Source of the DNA: the human T2T-CHM13v2.0 reference genome, Homo sapiens
Assembly (NCBI RefSeq): GCF_009914755.1
Contig: NC_060929.1
DNA: 64,000 nt
Direction: 5' to 3' (one strand)
In this document: in pieces, positions 27,732 through 40,147 of the stretch
Position numbering within the stretch: position 1 is the stretch's first letter
How the letters are laid out: each line of letters begins with the position of its first letter
Made by a program: the position numbers and the translations under genes
Notes under the pieces: model-generated
Databases searched by the model: none
The model's input: only the letters and a program-made list of their open reading frames with translations
Told to the model about the DNA's origin: nothing

Positions 27732-28589
27732 TTAGTGAATTTACTAAAATAATAATATACAAGTTATGTAATAAGGTTTTAATACAAATGGAGAAAGAAA
27801 AATATGGCTGTGAAATCATTTATTTCTAAAGAGAAAAACGAAAATGGCCTTTAATTTTACTGTCTTGATTATACTGTTCTCAGCCAGATAATTCACAGAA
27901 GTATGATCTGATTCTAAGTTTGAGCAAGAAGTCAAGCTTAGTTATGTCATAATGGATCATATTGTGAGGTCTATTAGTTTTTAATTTTTAAAAAAGTCAT
28001 CAAGGAGACTTTGGATAAAAATAGCTCACAGGAATTGTATTCCATTGAAGAGAAATGATGTGTAACCTGAAATCATTTTGCTACATATAGATACTCAAAA
28101 AGTTCATGAGACACGGAACATTATAAACTATCTTTAATCAGAAAAAAATTTCAGTTATGGCAATTTTTAAAGATAATGCTTGCCAATGGCCCTCAAAGAA
28201 ATTTATGAAAATCTGGTCATATAAATTTATTAAAGCAATATAATCTCCATTCTTTAAAAATCTATAATAAAATGAGTTAGCTTTAGTGACATGGCTGTAA
28301 CAAGCATTTTTCGTGTACATCTGACAATCTTTAGTGGCCATATTTTTTACTCACCTCCACAGATCCGTATATTTGCATGTTGTGGTTTCATAGCTGGAAA
28401 TGCAATCATACGCAGACAAAAGGGCAACAGAAATACTGACTTGTCAATTGGTAAACTGATTAAATTGTAATTTGGTATGGATATCTCTAAAAGCACAGCT
28501 TTATGAATATAGACAAGTGTGTAAATTATAATATATAAAAAGTATACTAAAAGCATTGCCAGAGATATGAGTACAACTAGATACGGTTA

Positions 28590-31560
28590 TAAACCTGCCA
28601 GCTGGTTAGTGCCCTAATTTCTCTAAATCTGTAAGTTCCTGCCTACCCATGTTCTCTTCCTTCTTATCTAGCTTGGACCCCACAGACCATCAGTTCTTAG
28701 CTTCCTGTTCCTTGGTTGCACCCATCTAACAAAATAGCAACGTGGATGAATCCTTCTGGCTATATTCTCTGTTCCTATGCCAAGCTTGCTGAATGTTGCT
28801 GGGAAAAAGATCGCAAGATCAGGAAGACTGCTGATTACAGTTTCATGGCCTTTAACATGAAATAAGGCCTTAAGGCTACCTGATTTCCTCTACTGTTTCA
28901 GCACACAGATCTCTTTCTCTCCTTATAGTTACTATGTTAAGTAATCTCTATTTTCCTTAAGTATATATACATACTCCTTCATCCTTACTCTGAGCAGGAA
29001 GATTTGTCTCCTACTTCACAGAGAAATTAGAAAATGTGGTAAAAGTGGTGAAGGCAAGAGGGAAAATGAACAGGATAGTTGCTCAGCTTTCTTTGCCCAC
29101 TCTGGAAAGCCAGATTCTTATTTATAATCTCCTTTTATTTCTACCCATCTAATCAGTGGAAGAAATTCTCCCCACCTATTCGCTGACAACAGGAGTATGG
29201 ATTAGTGCTATTTAGCAATGTGTTCTTTGGCCCAGCCATTATATTTTTGGAAATAATCCAAGAAATATTTGAAGAAAAAAAGATCAAAATATAAGTATAG
29301 CTGTTCTGTTGGATTTTTTAATAGAAAAAAATTGAAAGCTTTCTACATGTTCATAAATAAGGAATTGGCAATTAGATAGGCAGAATAAGTTCTAGTGTTC
29401 TGTACTACTATAGGATGACTAGAGTTAACAACATTATGTCACACAGTTTCAGATAGCTAAAGGAGGATATGAAATGTTCCCAACACAAAGAAATGATAAA
29501 TGTTTGAGATGATGGATATGCTAATTACCCTGATCTGATCACTACACATTATTTATCAAAACATCCCTATGTACCCCATAAACATGTACAATTGTCATAT
29601 TTCAATTAAAAAATAAAATTTAAAAATGGAATTCATTAAATATATTCTACAATGGAATACTATGAAGACATTAAGGGCTTGAAATTGTTTTACATTATTA
29701 ACATAGAAATATATCTATTCATGATATACTGTTTAAAGCTGAAAAATCTGCTTATATAACAATGTCTATATTATAATTCCATTTTCTTAGTATACATTTG
29801 TTTACAGATTCATTTTTTAAAGTTTGAAAGACTAAACAATTTTCAAAAGCAGCCATCTTGGGGTATGATTGAAATTACAGGGGTACATTCAGATTCTAAT
29901 TTATATATTTTGCTATTTAAAATTTCTAAAGAAGGCAGAATTATATTTATGATGAGAAAAATAAAAATATTTTCAATTTTAAAAGTCTAAGGATAAAACT
30001 ATTCCAAAGCTATGCTGGCCTCCCTCAGCAACATTAGCTTACAAATATGCTTTTTCTTTGTAAATTCACTGTCAGTTATTTACTCTTTCCAGTTAGCATC
30101 TAGACATACTCCAGTCTTCTCAGGTTATCCCTCCACCATACACTATATCTAACAGGTGCCTTTCACCTCACCCTGCCTTCACAGCCTGACAGTCTTGAAT
30201 TACTTGTTTCTATGTCCTGACTGTTCTTTCATTTAACAGCCCACAGTGAGCAGCTTCAGTCTCCAGCACTCTGCAGGCTTCACTTTCCCCAAAGTCAGCA
30301 AAGACCACTTTGTGAATGAATACAATAGATAAATTTCTGTTCTCTTATTTAACCTTCTTGTGGTGTTTGCCACTGTTAAGTGTTCCCTCCTTGAATTTCT
30401 CTTTTCTATTAAATTCCACAACACCACATTCTTTCAATTTTTCTCTGCTAATATCACTGCTCTGTATCATAAACTTTCAAGGATTCTTTTCATCTGTCTG
30501 CTCCTTAAATAAACTCCATTTTCAACCTACCTGCTTTTATTTTTGAGAAGATCAAAGTAGGAGGAGGATATGTTCTAGAGTTGGGAAAAACCTAGGTTTG
30601 AATCTTGGCTCTGTCACATGCTTTCAGTGAACACATGGAAAGCAACCTAATCCCTCAGGCCCTTGTTTTCCCTTTACTAAGGCAGAAAAGAGTTTTTGTA
30701 TAAGGTGGTTGTTGGTATTAAATACTCACAACTATGAATGTCACATAATAAATAGTTAATAACTAGTAGTTATTATTACTCTGATTTTATAATCTCTCTT
30801 GAGAAATTTCTACTCTTCAACTATGACATATAAACTAATGACCACTCTCTCTTTTATCTCCAGCCCCAATTCTTTCCTGAACTTCTAATCCAAAGATACT
30901 ATTCAACATTTCTACTAGATATCTTGTGGTTATCAAAATTAATGTCTAAATTTAATCTCAGTGACTTGTCTGCCACTCCTCTCAAAAATGTTTCTCCTTC
31001 AGAATGGATGGTGTCACTGCACTCATTTGTCCCCAAATCAAAACCTGGTAGTCACCTTTAGCATTCCTTTTTCATCTCTTTAGATACCTATTTACTAAAT
31101 TGTAGTTTTCCCCCAAAGTATTTGTAGAACATATCTACTTTTGCCTTTTCGTACCGTCATTATCACCTGTTTTTTGACATAATTATCTTATACCTTGGTC
31201 ACAGAAAATGGCTCTTAGTTCATCTCCCTCCTTCCACGTTTGTATTTTTCTTTCTTCTCCTTTATTCTATCACCCATTTATATACTGCAGCTAATAATCA
31301 TTCTTATTTATGCAAAATCTTTCCACAGCTCTCCTACATTTTACCCTCATCTGTTACCATCACCATCATTACAGCCTCCTCACTACCACTCCCAATCTGT
31401 GCTTCAACCACATTAAGCATCATGAAATTTCTCGGAGGAGTTGTATATTTCAGGCCTGTACCATACTATTCCCTCTCCTCAATCTACTCCCAGGACTTTT
31501 TCCATGGCCAAGTTGTACTTGCCCTTCAGATGTTACCTTCTGAGGTAATATTCTTCCCCC
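28590..31560 (+). mobile_element. L2 fragments interrupted by old L1M and MIR pieces
   Basis: L2-like phrases such as tgtctcctacttcacagagaaattaga and tttccccaaagtcagcaaagacc. Confidence 0.6.
29369..29625 (+). mobile_element. L1MA-type 3' end
   Basis: aatgttcccaacacaaagaaatgataaatgtttgagatgatggatatgctaattaccctgat, followed by an A-rich tail. Confidence 0.85.
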
Positions 31561-32225
31561 ACATGTCCATTTCTCCTCTAAAGAAATCTTCTCAAACAAT
31601 TACATAATGGAATCATCTAAGATGCTTGTTAATTATCCATATTCCAGGGACTCACTTCTAGTTCAATGTTGTAAAGGGATCACATGTGTTTATCTTTTCT
31701 TCTCCCACAAAACCCAATAAAAGGGAAATGTAATAATAAATGGCATTATTACATTATTGCCCCACAAAGAAAAAGGACAATAGAGAAGAAAAAGGAAGAT
31801 AAATTTATTTCAACCAAGTTTTGAAAGATGGGAAGCAAATAGTGGAGGGGTAACTAGCTTAGCACAGTGGAAGAACTTAAAATTTTAGTGACAGAAGAAG
31901 GGGAAAATCAACATAAATGAACCAATTTGTTTTGAAGAACCGCCTGAGAAGCTCAGCACTTTGAACATTAGGCTGAGCTGAAAGTAAAGAGTATTTGCAA
32001 AGCTATATACAAAGCAATGAATAACCCAGCCTTTCCACCACTCCATTTACACCTGATAGATGACCAAATCTTTCTCTTCACTGTATATGCTTCTTCTGGA
32101 TAAGATATTTCCTTTGAAGGAATTGAAAACAAGAGGTTCAAGATTCAGGAACACAATGTACCTTTCCAAGAGGCTTTGAAATGTGGCTAAAAATACATAT
32201 TAAATAAATGCATACATATTATTTT

Positions 32226-35200
32226 AGAGAGAGGATTCTGAGAAGATAATGGAGTAGGAAGCAAAAGGAATCTGTCTCCCCACCTAGGTAATAATTTCAC
32301 TGGAAGAATCTACCTGATGTAACTATTTTTGAAAATCTGGAGCCTATTGAAGCTTTACAACTTTCAAGGAAAGACTCAGATAGTAAATTACAGTTACTTT
32401 TGCTCAATTTTAGGTCTTAGCTCAACAGTAACTACCCATCTTCAACCCTCCAGACCTGTGGCAGGGCAACTGTGTATGCATTCTTGGAGTATCTTACACA
32501 CAGCTTTGGTATCCAGAGTGAGCAATAAGGACCCTGTTCTTCACATACTATAAGTCTATGTTTTGATGACTGAGTGCTGCTTCTGATCACAGTGGTGCTG
32601 TACTTCCAGTTTCCCCATTGTTGCAAGCCCCTCCCCCTCAGATTGAAGCAAGTTCCACAGGATTTAAAGGGCTGGCACTATTTTACCCCCATCTCTTCAT
32701 TTAACTCTGTTCCCCTTTTGGGAAGCAGACTTTAAAGATTAAGACATTATAAAACATCTGTGTGTATATAGGGAAAATTAGAAAGTCACTGTACATGGAC
32801 AAAGAAAAGCAGAGGCTCAGAAAAGACCTGAGAAGACCTTAAGTTTACACTTCAGGCTGATCTTTGATATAAAAACAGCCTACAACAATTAAAGCAAAAG
32901 AAAAACAAAAACCAGCACACTCTGGTGAAGAGGGAAGAATCTGATTACTAGAGTTACCACATTATTAGTGCAGAGTTTTGGTTACCAACAACAAACAAAA
33001 TCACAAGGCATACAAATAAATGGGAAAAATGTGGTTCATTCAAATAAAAATCAAACAAACAGAAACTTTCCCTAAAAAAGATCAAAGGGCAGACCTACTG
33101 GACAATCTTTTTAAAAAACTGTCTAAAAGATGTTCAAAGAGCTAAATGAAGATTTGGAGAAAGTAATGACAATGATGGATGAATAAAATGGAAATATCAA
33201 CAAAGAAAAATATTCTGTAATAGAAAGGTACAATAACTAAAATGAAAAAGTCACTAGAGGGATTCAAAGCAGAAATGAACAAGTGGAGGGCAAAATCATT
33301 GAACCTGAAGATGGAACTATTGAAATCATTTATACTGAGGAGCAGGGAGCAAAAAGATTCAAGAAAAATTAATAGAGCTTAAGACACCTGAGCAGACCAA
33401 TATGCTCATTATGGGAGCCTCACAAGGAACAAAGAGAGAGAAATGGGAAAATATATTATTTGAAGAAATAATGATCAAAACCTTCCCAGGTTTGATGAAA
33501 GACATGAATGTAAACATCTAAAATCTTAGGAAACTCCAAGGAGGATGGACTCAAAGAGATCCACACCAACATATGTTATAAGCAAAGTGTCAAAAACCAA
33601 AGACAGAGAGAATCTTGAAAGCAGCAAGAAAGAAACAAGTCATCACACACAAACAAGAGCACCTCAGTGAGATTATTAGCAGATTTCTCATGATAAATTT
33701 TTGAAGCCAGGAGGCAGTGGGCTTGTGTAGTGAAGAGTTGAAAGAGAAAAACTTTTCAACCAACAATTCTATATCATGCAAAATCGTCCTTCAAAAGTGA
33801 GGGAAAAATCAAGGCATTCCCAGATAAACAAAAGTTGAGTGAGGAAGTTTATTATCACTACATTTTCTATGCAACATAAGCTAAAGGGAGTTCTGAAAAT
33901 TTAAATAAAAGGATATTTTACTGTAACTTAAAGCTGTATGAAGAAATAAAGATCTCAGTTAAGGTAAAAATACCTGGGCAATTTAAAAAGCTAGTGTTAT
34001 TTGTAACAATGATTTGTAACTCCAACTTCTTTTCTATATAATTTAAGAGATAACGCATTAATAATTATTAGTGTATGCTTTTGAACACACATGTATAAAG
34101 ATTTAATTTTGTGACATTAGAATTGAAGGTAAGGAGCTGGAGCTATAAAAATACAGAGATTTTGTATGTTATTCAAGATAAGCTTGTATGAATCCAAATT
34201 AGAAGACTGTAACTGTACAATGTTAAAAGGTAATTCCCCTGGTAAGCACAAAGAAAACAGTTACAGAATATATACAAAAGGAAATGAGGAGGAAATTAAA
34301 ATGTTTCACTACAAAAAATCAACTAAACATAAAAGAAGACAATAATTCAGAAAATGAGGGACCAAAAGAAGTTATAAAGCATATAGAAAAGAGATAGCAA
34401 AAGGACATAATTGTTTATCCTTTTTAGTTCAGTCATTCCTCATTATCTGTGAGAGGTTAGTTCCAGCACCCTTGGCAGATACCAAAATCCTCAAATGCTC
34501 AAGTCCCTTATATAAAATGGCACAGTATTTTCTTATAATCTATGCACATCCTCCTGTATATTTTAGTCTCTGGAGTACTCATAGCACTTAATACAATGCC
34601 TATATATTAATACATTTGCATGGAATCAATATAGTATTTGGTCCAACAGCAACTTCTAGTTTGGCTTTTTGGAAAATTTTTGGATTTTTTTCTGAATATT
34701 TTTTATTTACAGTTGGTTGAATTCATGTATGTGGAACACATGGATATGAAAGACTCACTGTAATTACTATAAATGTAAATGCATTAAACTTTCCAATCAA
34801 GACAGAGATTGGGAAAATGGATTTAAAAACATGACCCACTATAGTCTGTCTACAAGAGACTCTCATTAGATCTAAAGGCACAAATACATTTAAGGTGACT
34901 AGATGAAAGAATATGTCTGACGTGAATAGTAATCAAAAGAGGGGAGGGATGGCTATACTAACATTAGACAAAATAGACTATAAATCAAAAAAGGTCACGA
35001 GACAAGAACATTATATATTAATAAAAGTTTCAATACATCAAGAAGATATAACAATTATAAACATTTATGCATCTAATGACTATCAAAATATATAAAATAA
35101 AAACTGACAGTTTAAGAGAGAAATAGTTCTACAATAATAGTTGGAGCTTCAATATCCCCTTCTCAGCAATGGATAGAACAACCAGACATAAGATAACTAA

Positions 35201-35250
35201 GAAAACAGATATCTAAACAATGCAATAAACCACTAAATCTAAAAGACATA
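32226..35250 (+). mobile_element. Old L1M: 5'UTR, ORF1 and endonuclease domain, 3'-truncated
   Basis: ORF1-like tracts plus EN fragment NSNQKRGGMAILTLDKIDYK...HQEDITIINIYASN. Confidence 0.82.
34430..34760. mobile_element. MER2 (TcMar-Tigger)
   Basis: cagtcattcctcattatctgtg...gataccaaaatcctcaaatgctcaagtccc...gactcactg followed by ta. Confidence 0.82.
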
Positions 35251-35264
35251 TGCATATTATATTA

Positions 35265-36650
35265 TAAAACCCTTGACCAGTTTCTATCACTGTGTTCTGA
35301 GAATATCTGAGTCAAGGCGTGTATCAGCTGCCTGCCTTTATCTCTTTCTAATCAGGGTATTGGAATATTTTTTTTCTGAGAAATAATTGAAAGGTCTCAT
35401 TTTCTTTCTGATACTTGAGTTACCACACATAAATAAGGCTTGCTGCTTGATCACATTGGGAAGTTCACCAGTCAATAATTCCATCTGTAGCCCCAAAGTC
35501 TTCCATTTCTTTCTGGAGTATAAATAGAACGTCAAGGATCTACAGACAATATAAGTAAGACTTCAACAGAACATGGAAAACACAGTAAGCAGGAGCAGGG
35601 AACACAGAGAACACAGAGACAATGCAGGTAAGAGGAGAAAACTTTAAGAAAAAAACCCTGTAATTAACATTCTTAGAGAGATAGAAGAAAAATTCATTTA
35701 TAAAACAATAACACCAAAAAATATAAAATACAAAGGAATGTGAGTCTTATTTTCAATGTTATCACAGAAGCTAGAAGGTAGTAGAACTGTGCTTTCCAAA
35801 CAATGAGAAAAAGTATTTTTTCATCCTAGAATTCTATGCCAAATCAAACTTTCAATCAAGTGTGAGGTCAGAATAAAGATGCATTTGTACAAACAAGGAA
35901 TTCTTTCTCAGGAAGTAGTGAAAAATGTGCTTCAGTAAAATAAGTTTATAAACCAAGAAAGAGAAAATCCAGCCAACCAATTGTCAGAGGATGGTACAGG
36001 GATGTCTGAAAAAACACTCCATTCAACGACCCTATGTGCAGAATGGAGCAAAAAGAACAAAGTGCTGTGGGTGACAGCACCCCATGATAAATGAGATTGC
36101 TAATTTTTCTGAGAATTTGAAAAGTTATTTCCAGTATTTGATGTATTTGAAAGAGAATTTTAAAGTGCGAGTGAGAACATGGAAGCTAAGCAAATTGAAG
36201 GAAAACGCGAATTATTAATTACATAAAAATTGTCATTGTACAAAAAGAAAACCTACACATAATACACCACTTGGCTCAATATTTATGTAAGTATAAAATG
36301 TAAACAGTTATTTACTTAACTACAATTTCTTATATATTAACATTAGAAGTTGAGGAGAACAAATGAGACTGTGGTGGTATAAAAGAGATTAAATTTAACC
36401 CTTTAGCAGCAAATCAACAGACACTATCTAAGCCTGATAAATTAAGAAATAGTAGTATATAGTATTTATTTAAGAATCTGGAGGCAAAATAAAAAATAAA
36501 AACAACAAAAGGAGATGAAATTAACTAGTCCCAAGCACTAACAATGAAGGTTAGGGGAGGATGAGGCAGAGAATTGCTGTTATCCAACAGGGTAACATAG
36601 GTAAGATTTGATATTTTAGGTATATATATATTTTTTTTAAATTAAAGATA
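35265..36650 (+). mobile_element. HAL1/L1ME-like old LINE; likely continues 31670-32220
   Basis: ORF1-like tract catcctagaattctatgccaaatcaaactttcaatcaagtgtgagg. Confidence 0.5.
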
Positions 36651-36748
36651 AAAATTAACACATTATGGGGGTGGGTGTGAAAGCGATACACTTATTTCAA
36701 TCATATATATGATCAAAATATATACTTTTGATATGTACCTATAAGGCA

Positions 36749-36796
36749 TGTGTGTGTGTGTGTGTGTGTGTACATATATATATATATATATATATA
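36749..36796. repeat. (TG)n(TA)n microsatellite at the Alu tail
   Basis: Read directly from the sequence. Confidence 0.9.
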
Positions 36797-37088
36797 ATTT
36801 TTTTAGCAATGGTGTTTCACTCGTCACCCAGACTGGAGTGCAGCAGTATAATCATAGCTCACTGTATCCTCAAATTCCTAGGCTCAAGGGATCCTCCTGC
36901 CTCAGTCTCCTGAGAAGGTAGGACTACTAGCATGTGCCACCACACCTGGCTGATTTTTGTATATTTTTGTAGAAATACGATTTTGCTATGTTGCCCAGGT
37001 TGGTCTCAAACCTCCAGCCTGAAGCGATCCTCCTGTCTCAGCCTCCCAAAGTGCCAGGATTATAGGTGTGAGCCGCTGTATCCTTCCT
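36797..37088 (-). mobile_element. AluJ-like element
   Basis: Reverse-complement Alu dimer (ctcaagggatcctcctgcctcag...cctcccaaagtgccaggattatagg). Confidence 0.92.
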
Positions 37089-37133
37089 AGATTATATATT
37101 TTGAGGGCAGGAACTATGAATTTTCCTCTCTGT

Positions 37134-39731
37134 TGATATGGTTTGACTGTGTTCCCATCGAAATCTCATTTTGAATTGTAGTTCCCATAATCCCCAATGT
37201 GTCATGGGAGGGACCCAGTGTAAAATAATTGAATCATGGGGCAGGTTTTTCTCATGCTGTTCTCATGAAAGTGAATAAGTCTCATGAGATCTGACAGTTT
37301 CATAAATGGCAGTTCCCCTGCACACGCCCTCTTCCCTGCCACCATGTAAGATGTGCCTTTCCTCCTCCTTCACCTTCTGCCATGTTGGTGAGGACTCCCC
37401 AGCCACGCGGAACTGTGAGTTAATTAAACCTCTTTCTTTTATAAAGTATCCAGTGATGAGATTTGGCTGTGGCCCCACCCAAATCTTAACTTGAATTGTA
37501 ACTCCCACAATTCCGATGTGTTGTGGGAGGGACCTAGTGAGAGGTGGTTGGATTATGGGGGTGGGTCTTTCCCATGCTGTTCTCATGGTGGTGAGTGGGT
37601 CTCATGAGATCTGATGGTTTTAAAAGTGGGTGTTTCCCTGTACAAGCTCTCTTCTCTTGTCTGCTGCCAAGTGAGGCATGCTTTTCACCTTCTGCCATGA
37701 TTGTGAGGCCTCCCTAGCCACACGGAACTGTAAGTCCATTAAACCTCTTTCTTTCATAAATGGCTCACTAAGGTATGTCTTTATCAGCAGCATGAAAACG
37801 AACTAATACTGTAAATTGGTGCCAGTACAGTAGGGCACTGCTGAAAAGATACCCGAAAATGTGGAAATGACTTTGGAACTGGGTATCAGGCAGGAGATAG
37901 AACAGTTTGGAGGGCTCAGAAGGAGACAGGAAAATGAGGGAAAGTTTGGAACTTCCTAGAGACCTGTTGAATAGCTTTGAACAAAATGCTGATAATGATA
38001 TGGACAATGAAATCCAGGCTGAGATGGTCTCAGACAGAGATGAGGAACTTTTTGGGAACTAAAACAAAGGTGACTCTTGTTATGTTTCAGCAAAGAGACT
38101 GGCAGCATTTTGCCCCTGCCCTAGAGATTTGTAACTTTGAACTTGAGAGAGATGATTTAGGGTATCTGGTGGAAGAAATTTCTAAGCAGCAAAGCATTAA
38201 AGAGGTAACTTGGATGCTGTTAAAAGAATTCAGTTTTAAAAGGGAAACAGAACATAAAAGTTTGGAAAATTTGCAGCAGACCATGCAATAGAAAAGTAAA
38301 TCCCATTTTCTGAGAAATTCAAGCCAGCTGCAGAAATTCGCATAAGTAATGAGGAGCCAAAAGTTAATTACCAAGACAATGGGTAAATTGTCTCCAGGGC
38401 ACATCAGAGACCTTTGCAGCAGCCCCTACCATCAAAGGCCCAGAGGTTTAGGAGGAAAAAGTGGTTTTGTGGGCCAGGCCCAGGGTCCCCATGCTGTGTG
38501 CAGCCTAGGGACTTGGTGCCCTGTGTCCCAGCTGCTCCAGCTATTGCTGAAAGGGACCAACGTAGAGCTTAGGTCATCGCTTCAGAGGGTGCAAGCCTCA
38601 AGTATTGGCAACTTCCACGTGTTGTTGAGCCTGCCAGTGCACAGAAGTCAAGAATTGGGATTTGGGAACCTCCACCTATATTTCAGAGGATGTATGGAAA
38701 TGCCTGGATGTTCTAGGCAGAAGTTTGCTACAGGGGTGGGGCTCTCATGGAGAGCCTCTGCTGGTCAGTGCAGAAGGAAAATGTGGAGGCAGAGCCCCCA
38801 TGCAGCGTCCCCACTGGGGCACTGCCTAGTGGAACTGTGAGAAGAGGGCCACCATCCTCCAAACCCCAGAATGATAGACCCATCAACAGCTTGCACTGTG
38901 CACTTGGAAGGGCCACAGACACTCAACGTCAGCCCATGAAAGCAGCCGGGAGGGAGGCTATACCCTGCAAAGCCACAGGGGTGGAGCTGCCCTAGACCAT
39001 GGGAAGCCACCTCTTGCATTAGTGTGAGCTGGATGTGAGATATGGAGTCAAAGGAGATCATTTTGGAGCTTAAAGATTTGACTTCCCTGCTGGATTTCAG
39101 ACTTGCATGGGGCCTGTTAGTCCCTCTGTTTTGGCCAATTTCTCCCTTTGGAATGGCTATCTAGAAAGTAACTAACTTGCTTTTGATTTTACAGGCTCAT
39201 AGGCAGAAGGGACTTGCCTTGTCTCAGATGAGACTTTGGACTGTGGACTTTTGAGTTAATGCTGAAATGAGTTAAGACTTTCAGGGACTGTTGGGAAGGC
39301 ATGATTGGTTTTGAAATGTGAGGACATGAGATTTGGGAGGGGCCAGGGATGGAATGATGTGGTTTGGCTGAATCCTCACCGAAATCTCATCTTGAATTAT
39401 AACTCCCACAATTCCCATGTGTTGTGGGAGACACCTGGTGGGAGGTAGTTGGATCATGGGGCAGGCCCTTCCTGTGTTGTTCCCATGGTGGTGAGTGGGT
39501 CTCATGAGATTTGATGGTTTTAAAAATGGGAGTTTCCCTGCACTCTTCTCTTGTCTGTAAATGGAACTGTAATGGAGCTTCTCTTGTCTGTAATGGAACT
39601 GTAAATCCATTAAACCTCTTTCTTTCATAAATTGCCCAGTCTCAGGTATATCTTTATCAGCAGCATGAAAATGGACTAATACACCCAGTCTCACATATGT
39701 CCTTAAACCAGCATGAGAATGGACTAATATA
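37134..39731 (+). mobile_element. THE1 solo LTR (37134-37453 plus 39684-39731) split by a THE1 provirus
   Basis: The LTR stops at ...aagtatccag and resumes cccagtctca...ggactaatata. Confidence 0.88.
37454..39683 (+). mobile_element. Full-length THE1 element: LTR 37454-37810, internal 37811-39354, LTR 39355-39683
   Basis: Two LTRs flank a THE1 internal region (gtaaattggt... FELERDDLGYLVEEISKQQS); TSD tccag/cccag. Confidence 0.93.
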
Positions 39732-39765
39732 TGTATTCTTCAGAGCCTATATAAGCAGTGTCTAA

Positions 39766-40147
39766 TCGTCTTGGCTCAGGCTGCTATGATAAAATGCCAC
39801 AAACCAGGTAGTTTAAAGAACAGAAATTTATTTTCTCATAGTTTTGGAGGCTGCAGATCTAAAATTAGAATGCCAGCATAGTTGGGTCCTGGTGAAGGCT
39901 CCGTTTTTGGCTTGCCAATTGCTGCCTTCTCACTGAGTTGTCACATGGTAGAGAGAGAGAGAACACATACAAGAGATTGCTCTCTGGTGTCTCATTTTAT
40001 AAGGGCACTAATCCCAATATTAGGGCCCCACACTCACAAGTTCACCTAACCCTAATACCTCCTCAATGTTCCATTTCCAAATAACATTACATTGGGGGTT
40101 AGGGCTTTAACATATGAATGAGGGACACAAATATGCAGTCCATAACA
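39766..40147 (-). mobile_element. MLT1A/B-like LTR
   Basis: gtcttggctcaggctgctat...aacagaaatttattttctcatag...cagtccataaca. Confidence 0.82.

Noticed and set aside
37977-39061. Overlapping ORFs of 80-163 aa
   Set aside because: They lie inside the THE1 internal region and are frameshifted remnants or chance ORFs.
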